The notes beneath the pieces are model-generated. The model saw only the letters and a program-made list of their open reading frames with translations. It did no database searches and was not told the DNA's origin. A stretch of 64,000 bases of DNA, from NCBI GenBank assembly GCA_963662465.1, contig OY759599.1:5408001-5472000 (forward strand), in the 5' to 3' direction. Below are positions 20,843 to 31,632 of this stretch, piece after piece (the first letter of the stretch is position 1; each line of letters opens with the position of its first letter). Source of the DNA: Desulfatiglandales bacterium. GTDB lineage: Bacteria; Desulfobacterota; DSM-4660; Desulfatiglandales; Desulfatiglandaceae. Both the position numbers and the translations under genes were made by a program.

Positions 20843-21841
20843 TCAGGAAGCGTTTTTCAAAAAAATCTCCACTTTAGCTTCCTTACGCGATTTCTCAACG
20901 AACTGTTTCACTTCTTTCTGGACCTCTTCCTGCTTCAAATATTGCTCAATCCGAGGCTTGACAGTCTCAAATGGAATCGTGGTTTCAGGCTTTTTGTCCA
21001 CAACCTTGATCAGGTGATATCCAAATTTGGTTGTTACCACGTCGCTCACTTTTCCAGGTTCCAGCGTAAAAGCCGTATCCTCAAAAGGTTTGACCATCTG
21101 ACCCCGTCCAAAATAACCCAAGTCTCCGCCTTTGGGAGCGCTGGGACCTTCCGAAGCCGCTTTGGCGACTTCCGCGAAATCATCACCCTTCTTAAGCTTT
21201 TCCTGAGCCTGGGCGATTTTTTTCATAGCCTCGGCTTTTTCTGACTCTGATGCATCCGGCTTAATCTTGATCAAAATATGGCTGGCTTTAACCTGCTCCG
21301 GCTGTTTGAAAAACTGGGGATGGCCATCGTAATAAGCCTTAATTTTGTCCTCCGGCACAGTCGCTTTGTCTACAAAATTTTTGACCACGAATGCCTCAGT
21401 AACCATGCCTTTTTTAAGCTCGGTTTTCATTTGACTCTCTGTCACATGCCACTCCGCCATGGCCTTTTTAAAAGCGTCCTCAGTGGGGAATCGTTTTCTA
21501 AATTCAGCAAATTTTTCATCCACCTGCTTTTCATCTACTTTATTGCCTGCTTTTAGACTGGCCTGATACAGGAGCTGAATGCCGATCAGCTTTTCCAGCG
21601 CATCCTTTTCCAGGGACGCCAGTTGCGCATTATCCAAGGGCTGCCCTTTCTGCATGGCCTGCCGTTTGCCAAAATCCACAGCCCGGTCCAAATCTCCTTG
21701 CGTAATCACGTCGCCATTCACCACCGCAACCTTATCATCCGTACTGACCTCTTTTTCCTCTGCGGAAATCGGCCAACTCACGAGCATGAAAAAAAGCACC
21801 ACAGCTGCCATCCACAGTCGAATCCCAAAGTTGTGTCGCAT
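20843..21841 (-). CDS. Exported parvulin (PpiC-type) peptidyl-prolyl isomerase with SurA/PrsA-like N-domain
   Basis: Signal peptide; VAVVNG, ASHILI, GGDLGYF..MVKPFE, FGYHLI. Confidence 0.95.
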   Translation of the reverse strand: MRHNFGIRLWMAAVVLFFMLVSWPISAEEKEVSTDDKVAVVNGDVITQGDLDRAVDFGKRQAMQKGQPLDNAQLASLEKDALEKLIGIQLLYQASLKAGNKVDEKQVDEKFAEFRKRFPTEDAFKKAMAEWHVTESQMKTELKKGMVTEAFVVKNFVDKATVPEDKIKAYYDGHPQFFKQPEQVKASHILIKIKPDASESEKAEAMKKIAQAQEKLKKGDDFAEVAKAASEGPSAPKGGDLGYFGRGQMVKPFEDTAFTLEPGKVSDVVTTKFGYHLIKVVDKKPETTIPFETVKPRIEQYLKQEEVQKEVKQFVEKSRKEAKVEIFLKNAS

Positions 21842-22213
21842 CAGTATTTCTCCTTAATTCCTAAGGTATTCAAAGAATCCCTTCTTCATATGAGGGGTAC
21901 AGGTCCCCGCGAATATTAAGCAAGTCTTGTAGCACTTTTTTTCCTATATAAGCAAGCATAATTTTTCAATGATTCGCCGGGATCTGCAAGAGTGCTGACG
22001 TATGAAAATTTGAATTAACGCAGGGTGGGAGTTAGCAAAAACTTTTTTTTCAGGGGCAGGGAAGAAGATCATTTTTTACTTGGCAAAGGATCAGGGAAAT
22101 GTTATTAAAAGGTTTCAGTGTGGCTACTGCTGGAAAAATGAGAGGATTTTTTCGTGTTTTCAGAGAGTTATAAGCGGAAAACGCTGTTCCAATTTTTTCC
22201 CAGCTATCAATCA

Positions 22214-22289
22214 GGTCCCATCGTCTAGCGGTTCAGGATACCGGCCTCTCACGCCGGCGACACGGGTTCGATTCCCGTTGGGACTACCA
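22214..22289 (+). tRNA. tRNA-Glu(CTC)
   Basis: GGTCCCA...TGGGACTACCA; anticodon arm CCGGC-CT-CTC-AC-GCCGG; GGTTCGATTCC. Confidence 0.95.
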
Positions 22290-22302
22290 ATAAGGATTTC
22301 AT

Positions 22303-22333
22303 GGGGTTACATTAATTTTGTAACCCCTTTTTT
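22303..22333 (+). terminator. Rho-independent terminator after tRNA-Glu
   Basis: GGGGTTACA-ttaattt-TGTAACCCC followed by a T-run. Confidence 0.8.
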
Positions 22334-22439
22334 GTTGCTGTTTTTTCTTTTTCCAACCCTATTTCCAACCTCCAGGCTATATATCAGGGTAAATTACGGT
22401 ACGCATAAGTCGATTGCGAAATATCCTTTGAAAGATTTT

Positions 22440-23378
22440 TTAATAAACTGTTTTGGTGTCAAATGCTTTCCTCCTTTCTCGGGACTTCAGCGCCCTGATT
22501 TTTCTTTGTTTTTGCGGTCCCTCATCCAAAGTATTCGCGATCCTGGCTCTCGTTTTCGACCATTCTCTTAAGGAATTTATTTCCTCCCGCATGGATCGAG
22601 ATAAGGGCACAAGATTGTTGAAAGCCTCGTCAAAGCCGTCAAACAAGCTGTCATTGGCCAACTGTTCAATTTCGGCCCCAGTGTAACCGTTGAGCTTGTC
22701 AAGGAATTTCAGGGGAATGTCCGTCTTGTACTTCCGGTTCATGATTTTGATGATCTCTGTTCTTTCAGACCTTTCAGGAAGGTCAACGGAGAATGTTGCG
22801 TCAAATCGCCCCGCTCTCATAAACTCAGGCGGTAATTGAGAGATATTGTTTGCTGCGGCCATAACAAGCGCTGATGTTTTTGTTTCAGACATCCATGTTA
22901 GAAAATGTCCGAACATCGCTGCCGTTGTACCGGCATCTGTATCTCCACCTCAGGAGAGAATGCTCTGGCTCGGTTTTCTATGAATGATTTCAAGATACCG
23001 AGCCCTCCTACGTCTTCTATTGCCGCCGGTTCCCTGACGCATTTGTATTACAGGGGATACCATCACCAGGGTGCAAGCGGTTGATTTAAAGATATGCCCG
23101 TTTTGTATTGCCTGAACCACCTCGGGAATATCCAGGAACATGTGCAGATTATGGGCTAAAAGAACTGTATCCTGGAAACCGTTTAGCCACTTGACTGCTT
23201 CGACAGGATCACGTATTTCATCAATGATTTTGTTGTTTTCGAGGTCCCTTATTCCCTGGATGCAGTCCCAGGCAAAAGATCGCTATCCCTTATACGGAAG
23301 CATCTGTTCCGCCCTTTACGGTTCCTGGGTGAGCAGGCACAATGCCGGGTATCCGGTCTTCAAGTATTCTTTAATCAT
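22440..23378 (-). pseudogene. Decayed Ycf46-like AAA+ ATPase
   Basis: N-part MIKEYLKTGYPALCLLTQEP* has in-frame stops; C-part has AANNISQLPPEFMRAGRFD and GYTGAEIEQ; no Walker A/B segment seen. Confidence 0.75.
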
Positions 23379-23496
23379 ACATTTATCCTTTCTTTGGTTA
23401 GAGGTTATCGTTGTCAGACGCTCTTATGATTGGTCGTCTGAAGTGAAAACACATGAAGCAGACTTGGTTATATCTTTCACAAAGTGGGCAACATGA

Positions 23497-23724
23497 TTAA
23501 GCAGATAAACAATCCGGAAGAAAACTGAATGTCCCATGGCCCATCGAGCAGTACCATCTAGCGATTTTTGTTCCTTCCGGATATTTTCTGCGGTAGGTGC
23601 CGTTTTTATGGAAACCACATCCCCCTTCCGGGTGAATAGGGCAGACCTCAAGTTTTGCGTCTTTCCAGGCTTCTCTTTGGACGTATTCCTTAGCAGATAA
23701 ATCCGTTGCAAACCTCAGTTGCAT
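23497..23724 (-). pseudogene. Truncated Cys/His-rich ORF of the kind preceding DDE integrase/ExeA genes in Mu-like transposons
   Basis: CPIHPEGGCGFHKNGTYRRK..IARWYC..TFSFLPDCL followed by an abrupt stop; family assignment is from recall. Confidence 0.5.
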
Positions 23725-23769
23725 GACAAAACCCTTGCCCCAAATAGAAATTAATGAGAACATTCTTCC

Positions 23770-24177
23770 ATGGTCAAAATCGGTCGAAATGCACCATGTC
23801 CTTGCGGCAGTGGTAAAAAGTATAAGAAATGTTGCTTGACGGCACAAGAAAAGAAAAGGCCTGCCCCTGTAAAAAAGCAACGGTTCGTACCGGTCTTCAC
23901 CGAACTCGATCAACTGTCAAATAGCGTCGTAGGTCTCATAAAGCAGAAAAACCTGGATGAAGCAGAAGCCGTGTCGTGGAGGCTCCTCTCTGAATATCCT
24001 GATCAGATCGATGGGCTTAACCGTTTGGCTATGGTCTATGAGGCACGTGGAGAAAAAAGAAAGGCGGCAGAGTACTATCGAAAAGCCTACCGTTTCGCAC
24101 TTTCAAATGAAGGTTTTGATCAAGACGCTGCAGATTGGTTTTTATCCGAAGCTAAAGGGATGGAATCTGGAAAATAA
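23770..24177 (+). CDS. SEC-C motif and TPR-like protein
   Basis: [23 protein letters not shown]-like [21 protein letters not shown]. Confidence 0.85.
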   Translation: MVKIGRNAPCPCGSGKKYKKCCLTAQEKKRPAPVKKQRFVPVFTELDQLSNSVVGLIKQKNLDEAEAVSWRLLSEYPDQIDGLNRLAMVYEARGEKRKAAEYYRKAYRFALSNEGFDQDAADWFLSEAKGMESGK

Positions 24178-24615
24178 TATGGAATAAAAGGAATTAGAAG
24201 GATTCCTTCCAAAAGGAATCTCGGAAATTATCTGTCGGGAACCGGATACACACAACATAACCAAACTCACAACATAAATATAGGAAAACATGACTTTTGA
24301 ATTAGCAATCTGAAAAGGCCTCGACCACCAGATGTAGTGGTGCTAGATAATGAGCAAAATGGAAAATTCAATCTTTATCGGAAGAACCCTAAGCAATATG
24401 CCCATGTTGGACAAATCCAGAATTTTTACTATTGACGAACCGAACACGGTGGATCGACAAAACTGGTGGGGTGGTGGTGACCCTGTGCCAGCAGTCACCT
24501 GACGATTTTATTTTATGGATTATCGCTTTCCAATCCCTTTATCGGCAAATGCAAGTTCTTATTATATCAGCATTTTCTTTTCGAATTTGCTGTTGGAGAA
24601 TCCCTCAGTTCCAGA

Positions 24616-25848
24616 TTAGGAATCTTTACGTCTTCGGTGCACCCAGAAAAATCCCAAAGAACCAACGAGAATTCCTGCACCAGGTAATAGACCAATATCA
24701 AGAGACTTATTTCCCTTGACTTCAAGAGCTGCCAGTCTCTTTTCAAGTTTGGCAATCCGAGCATCCCTATTTTTGATGATTCCATTCCACAATTCATTCT
24801 GAGGCAGTCCCACCATTACAATTGCTTCTTTTGCTCCTCTTGTCTTTTTCGATGTTAAGGTACGGCCTATAACAGAGGCATACTGTGATGGTTTGATAGC
24901 CGTTGGCGAAACAGCGATAGCAATTCCGTCTCCAAAGCCTGAAGGAATAATAAAGTCACCAGCCGAAAACGCCCCTTTCATGTTTATTGGCACTTGCCCC
25001 AAAAATGCTACCGGTGCGTATGCTGACTTTTCATTTTCCAACGGTCGGTTCCCTAAAACCGCCGGGGCAGTTGTCACTACCATCAGTCTTTGAGCATTTT
25101 TGGTTTTCTTACTGACACCTTCAGGAAACAAACCGACTATATCTCCGGAATTTAATATTTCATTAGGATTTGCTTTCATCAAATATTCTGCAAAATCACC
25201 ACCTGAGGTATTTAACTGGATGCTGCCACCGGTCCCTTCTATAGAGCCGAGGTTTTGTGTGCTATCAGCAAATGTAATGAAGTTACATGTATTACCAGGA
25301 TTGCTTTTGTTTACTTTTAACATCAGCACATCTGGACTGGCCCCCGTCGATGTATTTTCAAACGCAGCAACATGATTTCCTAGACTTGCATCGCCAGATA
25401 GACTGTTTTTGACGTGCAAAATTGTGGACGGCGTGATGGTATTAATACCTACTTTACCAGCTTCGTCTATTACCATTTTAGAATTCCCTTGACTCTGAAA
25501 ATCAAAACCACCCGGCCTTGAATCTATTACCGAATATGCCAAACCGTTCTTGAATTCAAGACTGGCGGTTCCACTCATCATGTAAATGCTGCCCTGTACC
25601 CAAAGTTTCCTCCCATATGTGTTCGTAGCTCCAATTGCAACGTTGCCAGCAGTATAATAAATATTTTCTCCTTCGGCTGACCACAGTCCTGTCACGCTGC
25701 TTGCGGAGGTAGTCTGTACTGTACCATCAGAAAATCTAATACCTTCATCTAGTACAGCAGTACCTGCATTTGCATGATTCTTAACAGAACAAAGAAGGAT
25801 GAACATTAAAATAAAAAGGACAGAAGAAGATCCGATTCTAGTTTTCAT
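24616..25848 (-). CDS. Exported tail-fibre-like protein with an intramolecular-chaperone (peptidase G2-like) domain and C-terminal membrane anchor
   Basis: Signal peptide ending ANA; GNVAIG / GKVGINT fibre motifs; GDFAEY..GDIVG..PAVLGN..PVAFLGQVP; coiled coil; TM segment + RRRK. Confidence 0.7.
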   Translation of the reverse strand: MKTRIGSSSVLFILMFILLCSVKNHANAGTAVLDEGIRFSDGTVQTTSASSVTGLWSAEGENIYYTAGNVAIGATNTYGRKLWVQGSIYMMSGTASLEFKNGLAYSVIDSRPGGFDFQSQGNSKMVIDEAGKVGINTITPSTILHVKNSLSGDASLGNHVAAFENTSTGASPDVLMLKVNKSNPGNTCNFITFADSTQNLGSIEGTGGSIQLNTSGGDFAEYLMKANPNEILNSGDIVGLFPEGVSKKTKNAQRLMVVTTAPAVLGNRPLENEKSAYAPVAFLGQVPINMKGAFSAGDFIIPSGFGDGIAIAVSPTAIKPSQYASVIGRTLTSKKTRGAKEAIVMVGLPQNELWNGIIKNRDARIAKLEKRLAALEVKGNKSLDIGLLPGAGILVGSLGFFWVHRRRKDS

Positions 25849-26903
25849 TGCCGCAATCCTTTCTTAGGAATCTATAATAATTTTCTTTAAATTGTGTCAA
25901 ACTTAATGGATATTCAAATTTTTTGCCGTGATTGAAACCTTGGTATGACTTACATTCTTGAAAGTGTGTTTTCCTTGGATTTAAAAATACTCCAGCCTCA
26001 TCTTAACTCATTTTTTATACCAAAACCCAAAATATCGTAAAGTTCAAAAAACCTGTGATATCATCAAATCAGAGGACTTGAGCGAACGTTAGATTGATCC
26101 CGTATCTCAAGTCTTGCGTTGGTTGCAATTGAGAATATATGAAATCCTCGAACATGTCAAAAGCAAGATGTATGGTTTTCAATATTGGGAAATATGACTG
26201 CGGATACCGAACCTGATTGATGTCCTGCCTGGCACAATATGTGGGGGTTGATCAGTTTTCGGTTCATCCCAACTCAGGTCAATGATTTGTGCATTAACCC
26301 TCTTAGCACATCCGTCAAAACCGTGCAAGACTGGCAGATCAATTGTTGAAGTCGAGTCTGAGATACTTGGAGGTATTGCAGATTTCCGGTTTACCGAAAA
26401 GCTGTTAGATACATAATATATCTCAACTCACTGAATTCCGGACTGAATGACGATATTACACATTTCCCTCAGTGGGAGTAGCAGATAGACCCACCAGCGC
26501 TATAGACACCGGCGACGTTTTTTTTGCTTTTCAATCGCGGCAGCAGCGGTGATTCAGAAATGTGTTTTCCACCTTTGGAACGGAAGAATAGAATCAGCAT
26601 CTTTCAGTCATACTTTCAAAGAAACCGGGTGATCCTATGGATTATTTCTAATCCAAAACCTCTCGAAGCGATGAAGTCAAATTCCGAAAATCGATGGGCT
26701 TCTCAATGTATTTGCGTACACCGAGGGCCTCCACTTTCTCTGCCGACATCCTCTAGAAACCTCAAACCAGGACTTGAGCAAAAAGTGTAAACCAGAGAAT
26801 GAAGGATGCTTTTATTGACACTAAAATCATTTACACTATACCGTGTAAAATAAAGCTATTACGGCCTCATCCATTTCACCAGACGCAAAAAAGGAGGACA
26901 ACC

Positions 26904-29900
26904 GTGTACAACAGAACTTGGCTGCAAAATGTGGGGTCCAGAGCATCAATGCGCGGTTTTTGGAGATACGCCGTTCTGGCAATTCCGGTTTTTGTGTTGC
27001 TGCATTTCCCGGGAGGAGCGTACGCGGTCCAAACCGTCATCCAGGACTGGGATGGCAGCGTGTTGGATACCATCGACTGGACCATCAGCAACAATGTGGA
27101 AATTATCGACAGTTGGGCAAGCCGTTGCAAGGTGTACAAAAGTGATAATGAAATTACGGCCTATTGTTATTACGAAGCGGATTTCACGGAACTTGGCGGC
27201 TGGGTGGATGTCAATGCCATGCTTTCCCCACAAACGCGGTTTGACAGGGAAAGCTTTCGGGTTTCCTATGGGTACTCACAGACCTCCCATCCATGCGGCA
27301 ACTACGAGGTATGTCCCGAAACCTTTGACATCAGCCATGGGGATAATTTCTGGCCCTACTATTACCGCTGGGGTACAAATTTGTACGATCCCGACATGGG
27401 GGGCAATCTCGGCCGTGGCTGGGGAATCACCATACGGTTTTATGGCTTTACTTACTCTCCCATCACCATACGCAACTATGTCATTCATATCCGGCCGACC
27501 AAATCGCAGGCCCTTGCATGGCGCAAGCGGTTCTATCCGCCTCAGCCGAACAATGGGCAACCGTGGCCCTGCTCACCCAAACCGCCCAGGCCCTATCCGC
27601 CCAAGCCGGAGGAACTGAAGGATCCGGCCAACCCCTATGAGGGCGCCGGAGCGTGTATGCCTTTTGGGCTGCCCGTCTATTGGGTGGACCCGAACACGCT
27701 GACCCTGTACGTACAGGACACGGATTTTTCATACGAGGGTCTGGGTCCCAGGGTAAAGATGACGCGGTATTTTTCCAGCCAAAGCGACCCGCTTCTCTAT
27801 GACCGGAGCGGTTCCTTCGGACACGGATGGCATTTTTCCTATGACACACGGCTGACAGAATCCGGATGTAATGTGATGCTGATGGACCTGGAGGGAAAGG
27901 AACGCATTTTCGGCTATCCCGAGGGGGACTGTGGCGGCGGAAGCGCGGGATCACCCCTTGAACTGTCTCCATCTGAAAACGTTTTTGACAGGTTGTTTGC
28001 CCATGGAAGCGGTGTCTTTGTCCTGGAGCGCAAATCCCCGCGGGAATGGTTGCGATACGAGCCCTATGGCGATGTTTCCCGCCTGGTTTCCGTGGCTGAC
28101 GCCGCGGGCAACCAGATAACGGTCCAGCGCGCGGCGAATGGAAAAATCCTGGAAATTCGGGATGCCGCGGGAAGAAGCACCGCTCTGACCCACGACGCGC
28201 AGGGACGATGCACTGCCTTGACCGCGCCGGACAGCCGAAAGACCACATTTGCTTATGATGCCGGCGGGAAGCTCGTCCGAAGCACGGACTTCATGGGAAA
28301 TCAGACCGATTACGTCTACGACGCCGACGGGCACATGGTTTCCATGAAAACCGGGGATAAGACCACCGCTTTCGGCTATTCCTCCAGTGAATCGCTGGGC
28401 CGCTACATCTCTTCCCTGACCAACGCTAACGGTTTGAAAAAAACCTATCGGGTCACAAACGTGGTGACCGCCTTCGGGGTGGAGGAGGTTTTCCCGTCCA
28501 ACACCAAGAGAACATATACCGGCGACCTGACGCGTCCGTGGCTCACCAGCGCCCGCGACGGGGCCGACAACGGTCCGGATTATGCCTATACTTATTCCGG
28601 CACAAGCACTCCGAGCGTTATCGGGGCTATTAATTACACGGACCCCCTGGGTGAAAAGACCACCATCCGCAGAAATGACCGCGGCAACATCACGAAATAC
28701 GAATCACCGGACAATAACCATGTCACTTACACCTACAACGACACGGACCGGATGACGAGCCGCACCAATTACCTGAACGAGAAGTGGGCGTATGAATACA
28801 ACGCCATGGGGAATATGACCAGGGCCACATCCCCCGAAGGGAGGATAACCACCTTTGAATACAACGCCGACGGATTGCTCACCAAAGCAACCAATCCCCG
28901 GAATGCCGTCACCCGGTATGAATACGACGCCTTCGGCAATCTTAAGCGAATGGTGAATCCCCTGGGAAATGAGATTTTGTGGGAATACGATACCCATGGC
29001 TTTAAACCAACGTCCATTGTCGATCCGCGGGGTAACCGGACCCGATTTGCGTATGATCCCTTGCACCGTTTGACCCGAACAACCCATCCGGACGGCACCT
29101 GGCGAGAAAACGATTACAACTGTTGCTCCCTCGCATCCTCGACCGACGAAAACGGCTATACGACCCTCGTTGAAAGCGACGGCATGCATAAACCCTTGCG
29201 AATTACGGACCCCCAGGGGAATGCCCTGGCATTCTCCTACAATCAGGATGGGAACCTCTCTCAAACAACGGACGCTCTGGGAAGGATAACCCGGTTCAGC
29301 AATGATAAGGCCAACCGGCTGTCCCGGTTCACGGATCCCAATGGTGTGGCGGTTTCCATGTCCTATGATAAGCAGGGCAACATGACCACGATTACAGACG
29401 GGTTGAACAACCGGATGCAGTTCCAATACGACGTCAACCATCGCATGAGCCGGATCACGGATCAGCTGCTTAGAAACATCGTTTTCACCCGCAACGCGGC
29501 CGGTCGCGTGACGTCCAGAACCAACTCCCGGGGCCAGGTGGTGGGCTATGCATACAACAAGGACGGGTTTCTGGTGCAAAAGGACTATAACGGGGTCATT
29601 GAGACGAGTTATCAGCGAAACGAGGTGAACCGGATTGAGCGTATGACGGACCCTGGCGGGGAAACCGTGTATGAATACGACCTGTCCGATCAGGTTACGG
29701 CCATTACCTATCCCAACGGCATGAAAACGACCTTTGCCTACGACCCGGCCGGGAACCTGGAACGGATCGTCTACCCCGGCGGTGTGACGGCAACGTATGG
29801 CTATAATTCCCGAAACAGGGTCGAGGCGCTCACCTGGGGCGGGAAAACCGTCACCTTTCAATACGACGGCGTGGGCAACCTGATCGGCATAACCCGGCCC

Positions 29901-31109
29901 AACAACATGGGCACCACCATCACTTACGACAAAAACAGCTACGCGCAAAGCGTCGTCCACAGTCGCTCCGGCGGCAACACCTTGGCCCGGTTCACCTATA
30001 CCCGGGATAAAGGCAACAACATTATTCAGGTGCAATCCGACTTGTCAAACGATTGGCCGGCCCTGAATCCGAGTCTCTTGACCGCGCCCCTGAACCAGTC
30101 ATTCAATGTGGCCAACCAGGTGATCGCATCCAATAGCGACGCATTTACCTATGATCTCGACGGCAATCTGACGACGATGGCGGGAGGGCGTGCGTTCACC
30201 GCCCAGTATGACGCGGAAAACCGGCTGACCGCCATGACCCGGAAAGGGATCAACACCGTAAACGCGTATAACGGCCACGGAATGCGCGCCTCCCGGACCC
30301 GCGCCGGGCAGGTGCGCACCTTTCATCACGATCACCTCTGGCGCCTGCTCTTTGAAACCGACGGCGGCGGGACGGTGACGGCCTACTATTTTTACAACGG
30401 GAGGCGGCTGGTGGCCATGCAGCGGGTGGGCGCGGGGAACTTCTTTCATCATTTTGACCACAACGGCAACACCATGGCCCTGACCGATGCCTCCGGCGCG
30501 GTATCCGCCACATACCGTTACTCGCCTTACGGCCAAATCCTTACCCAAACCGGCGCCGTGGACAATCCGTTCACGTATGTTGGGGCCTATGGGGTCATGG
30601 ACGAAGGGGACGGCATCTACCTGATGCGGCACCGATACTACGACGCCCTGACCGGACGTTTTTTGAAAAAGGATACGATCGGCATCGCGGGAGGATTGAA
30701 CCTCTACGAGTATGCGGGGGGGAATCCTCTGCTAAACATCGATCCCGAGGGTACGTTTGGCTGGGTGGCTCTTGGCGCAGCTGTGATAACCGCCGTTGGG
30801 ATTTACAAAATAATAACCTCTGGAATATGTGCAGCGGAAGAAGCTTTCAAAAAAAAGAAAAATTCTTGGACGTTGGATGATATTAACAATCGCACTGTTT
30901 TCGACGTAGACCAAAAATATAGAACGGCTTTTGCAGAAAACGGTGCTGACCTGGGGGAGACAGCCGTTCGGACGACAATCAGTATTTACGGTACTGCCCT
31001 CGATCAGCTTGGTACTACCGAAGGAATGGGCGCGGGCACTGCAATGGATGCCGCGGACGCTGCCGGCGTTTTCAACACATCCTCAGACGACGAGCAGGAC
31101 GACTGGTAA
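26904..31109 (+). CDS. RHS/YD-repeat protein with signal peptide, DUF6531-like domain, RHS core and distinct C-terminal tip
   Basis: AGGAGG before GTG 26904; FGHGWHFSYD; many YD repeats; RYYDALTGRF..GGLNLYEYAGGNP..IDPEG. Confidence 0.92.
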   Translation: MYNRTWLQNVGSRASMRGFWRYAVLAIPVFVLLHFPGGAYAVQTVIQDWDGSVLDTIDWTISNNVEIIDSWASRCKVYKSDNEITAYCYYEADFTELGGWVDVNAMLSPQTRFDRESFRVSYGYSQTSHPCGNYEVCPETFDISHGDNFWPYYYRWGTNLYDPDMGGNLGRGWGITIRFYGFTYSPITIRNYVIHIRPTKSQALAWRKRFYPPQPNNGQPWPCSPKPPRPYPPKPEELKDPANPYEGAGACMPFGLPVYWVDPNTLTLYVQDTDFSYEGLGPRVKMTRYFSSQSDPLLYDRSGSFGHGWHFSYDTRLTESGCNVMLMDLEGKERIFGYPEGDCGGGSAGSPLELSPSENVFDRLFAHGSGVFVLERKSPREWLRYEPYGDVSRLVSVADAAGNQITVQRAANGKILEIRDAAGRSTALTHDAQGRCTALTAPDSRKTTFAYDAGGKLVRSTDFMGNQTDYVYDADGHMVSMKTGDKTTAFGYSSSESLGRYISSLTNANGLKKTYRVTNVVTAFGVEEVFPSNTKRTYTGDLTRPWLTSARDGADNGPDYAYTYSGTSTPSVIGAINYTDPLGEKTTIRRNDRGNITKYESPDNNHVTYTYNDTDRMTSRTNYLNEKWAYEYNAMGNMTRATSPEGRITTFEYNADGLLTKATNPRNAVTRYEYDAFGNLKRMVNPLGNEILWEYDTHGFKPTSIVDPRGNRTRFAYDPLHRLTRTTHPDGTWRENDYNCCSLASSTDENGYTTLVESDGMHKPLRITDPQGNALAFSYNQDGNLSQTTDALGRITRFSNDKANRLSRFTDPNGVAVSMSYDKQGNMTTITDGLNNRMQFQYDVNHRMSRITDQLLRNIVFTRNAAGRVTSRTNSRGQVVGYAYNKDGFLVQKDYNGVIETSYQRNEVNRIERMTDPGGETVYEYDLSDQVTAITYPNGMKTTFAYDPAGNLERIVYPGGVTATYGYNSRNRVEALTWGGKTVTFQYDGVGNLIGITRPNNMGTTITYDKNSYAQSVVHSRSGGNTLARFTYTRDKGNNIIQVQSDLSNDWPALNPSLLTAPLNQSFNVANQVIASNSDAFTYDLDGNLTTMAGGRAFTAQYDAENRLTAMTRKGINTVNAYNGHGMRASRTRAGQVRTFHHDHLWRLLFETDGGGTVTAYYFYNGRRLVAMQRVGAGNFFHHFDHNGNTMALTDASGAVSATYRYSPYGQILTQTGAVDNPFTYVGAYGVMDEGDGIYLMRHRYYDALTGRFLKKDTIGIAGGLNLYEYAGGNPLLNIDPEGTFGWVALGAAVITAVGIYKIITSGICAAEEAFKKKKNSWTLDDINNRTVFDVDQKYRTAFAENGADLGETAVRTTISIYGTALDQLGTTEGMGAGTAMDAADAAGVFNTSSDDEQDDW

Positions 31110-31155
31110 GGGTTTACAGATTTGATATTCAGTATGAAAATTTGGAGAACAAATT

Positions 31156-31632
31156 ATGAAAAGAACATACGCTTTTTTCCTCACCATGGCTCTTATGTTT
31201 TTTGTAGTCGGAACTCCAGGGCCTGTTGGAGCTACGACCATTCTCTATAGCTACGACGCTGCCGGTCGCTTGACGGGGGCGGATTACGGGGATGGTCTGA
31301 AGGTCGTTTACACCTACGACGCCAACGGCAACCTGCTCGAGAGGGGCCAGGTCCCCATGTCCATGGTGTATGTCAGCGCGGGGAACTGTGGGGGCAAAAC
31401 ACCGTGTTACCACACTCTTGCCGAGGCAGTGAGCAACGCCCCAAACTATGCCCTTATCAAAGTGGCGGCGGAGACCTTCGCGGGTTATACGGTGGATGCG
31501 GGAAAAACCCTCACCTTCGAATGGGGGTACGACTCCGGCTTTAACACCAACACAGGCGTTACCCAGGTTCAGGGGACTTTCAGAGCAAAGAATAAAACCA
31601 TCATCCGCTCCGGCGCCATCCGGGCCAGGTGA
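31156..31632 (+). CDS. Small exported protein with a YD repeat and a Cys-pair C-terminal domain
   Basis: GGAG RBS; signal peptide; YSYDAAGRLT..YTYDANGNLL; CGGKTPCY. Confidence 0.85.
   Translation: MKRTYAFFLTMALMFFVVGTPGPVGATTILYSYDAAGRLTGADYGDGLKVVYTYDANGNLLERGQVPMSMVYVSAGNCGGKTPCYHTLAEAVSNAPNYALIKVAAETFAGYTVDAGKTLTFEWGYDSGFNTNTGVTQVQGTFRAKNKTIIRSGAIRAR

Noticed and set aside
23200..23378. In-frame stops in the AAA ATPase as recoding sites
   Set aside because: TAA/TAG stops plus loss of the Walker segment indicate decay
24324..24341. NrdR-box-like sequence
   Set aside because: Single copy with no nucleotide-reduction gene nearby
25990..26410. GTTAGAT motifs as integron attC sites
   Set aside because: No convincing paired RYYYAAC ends or attC hairpin, and no integrase
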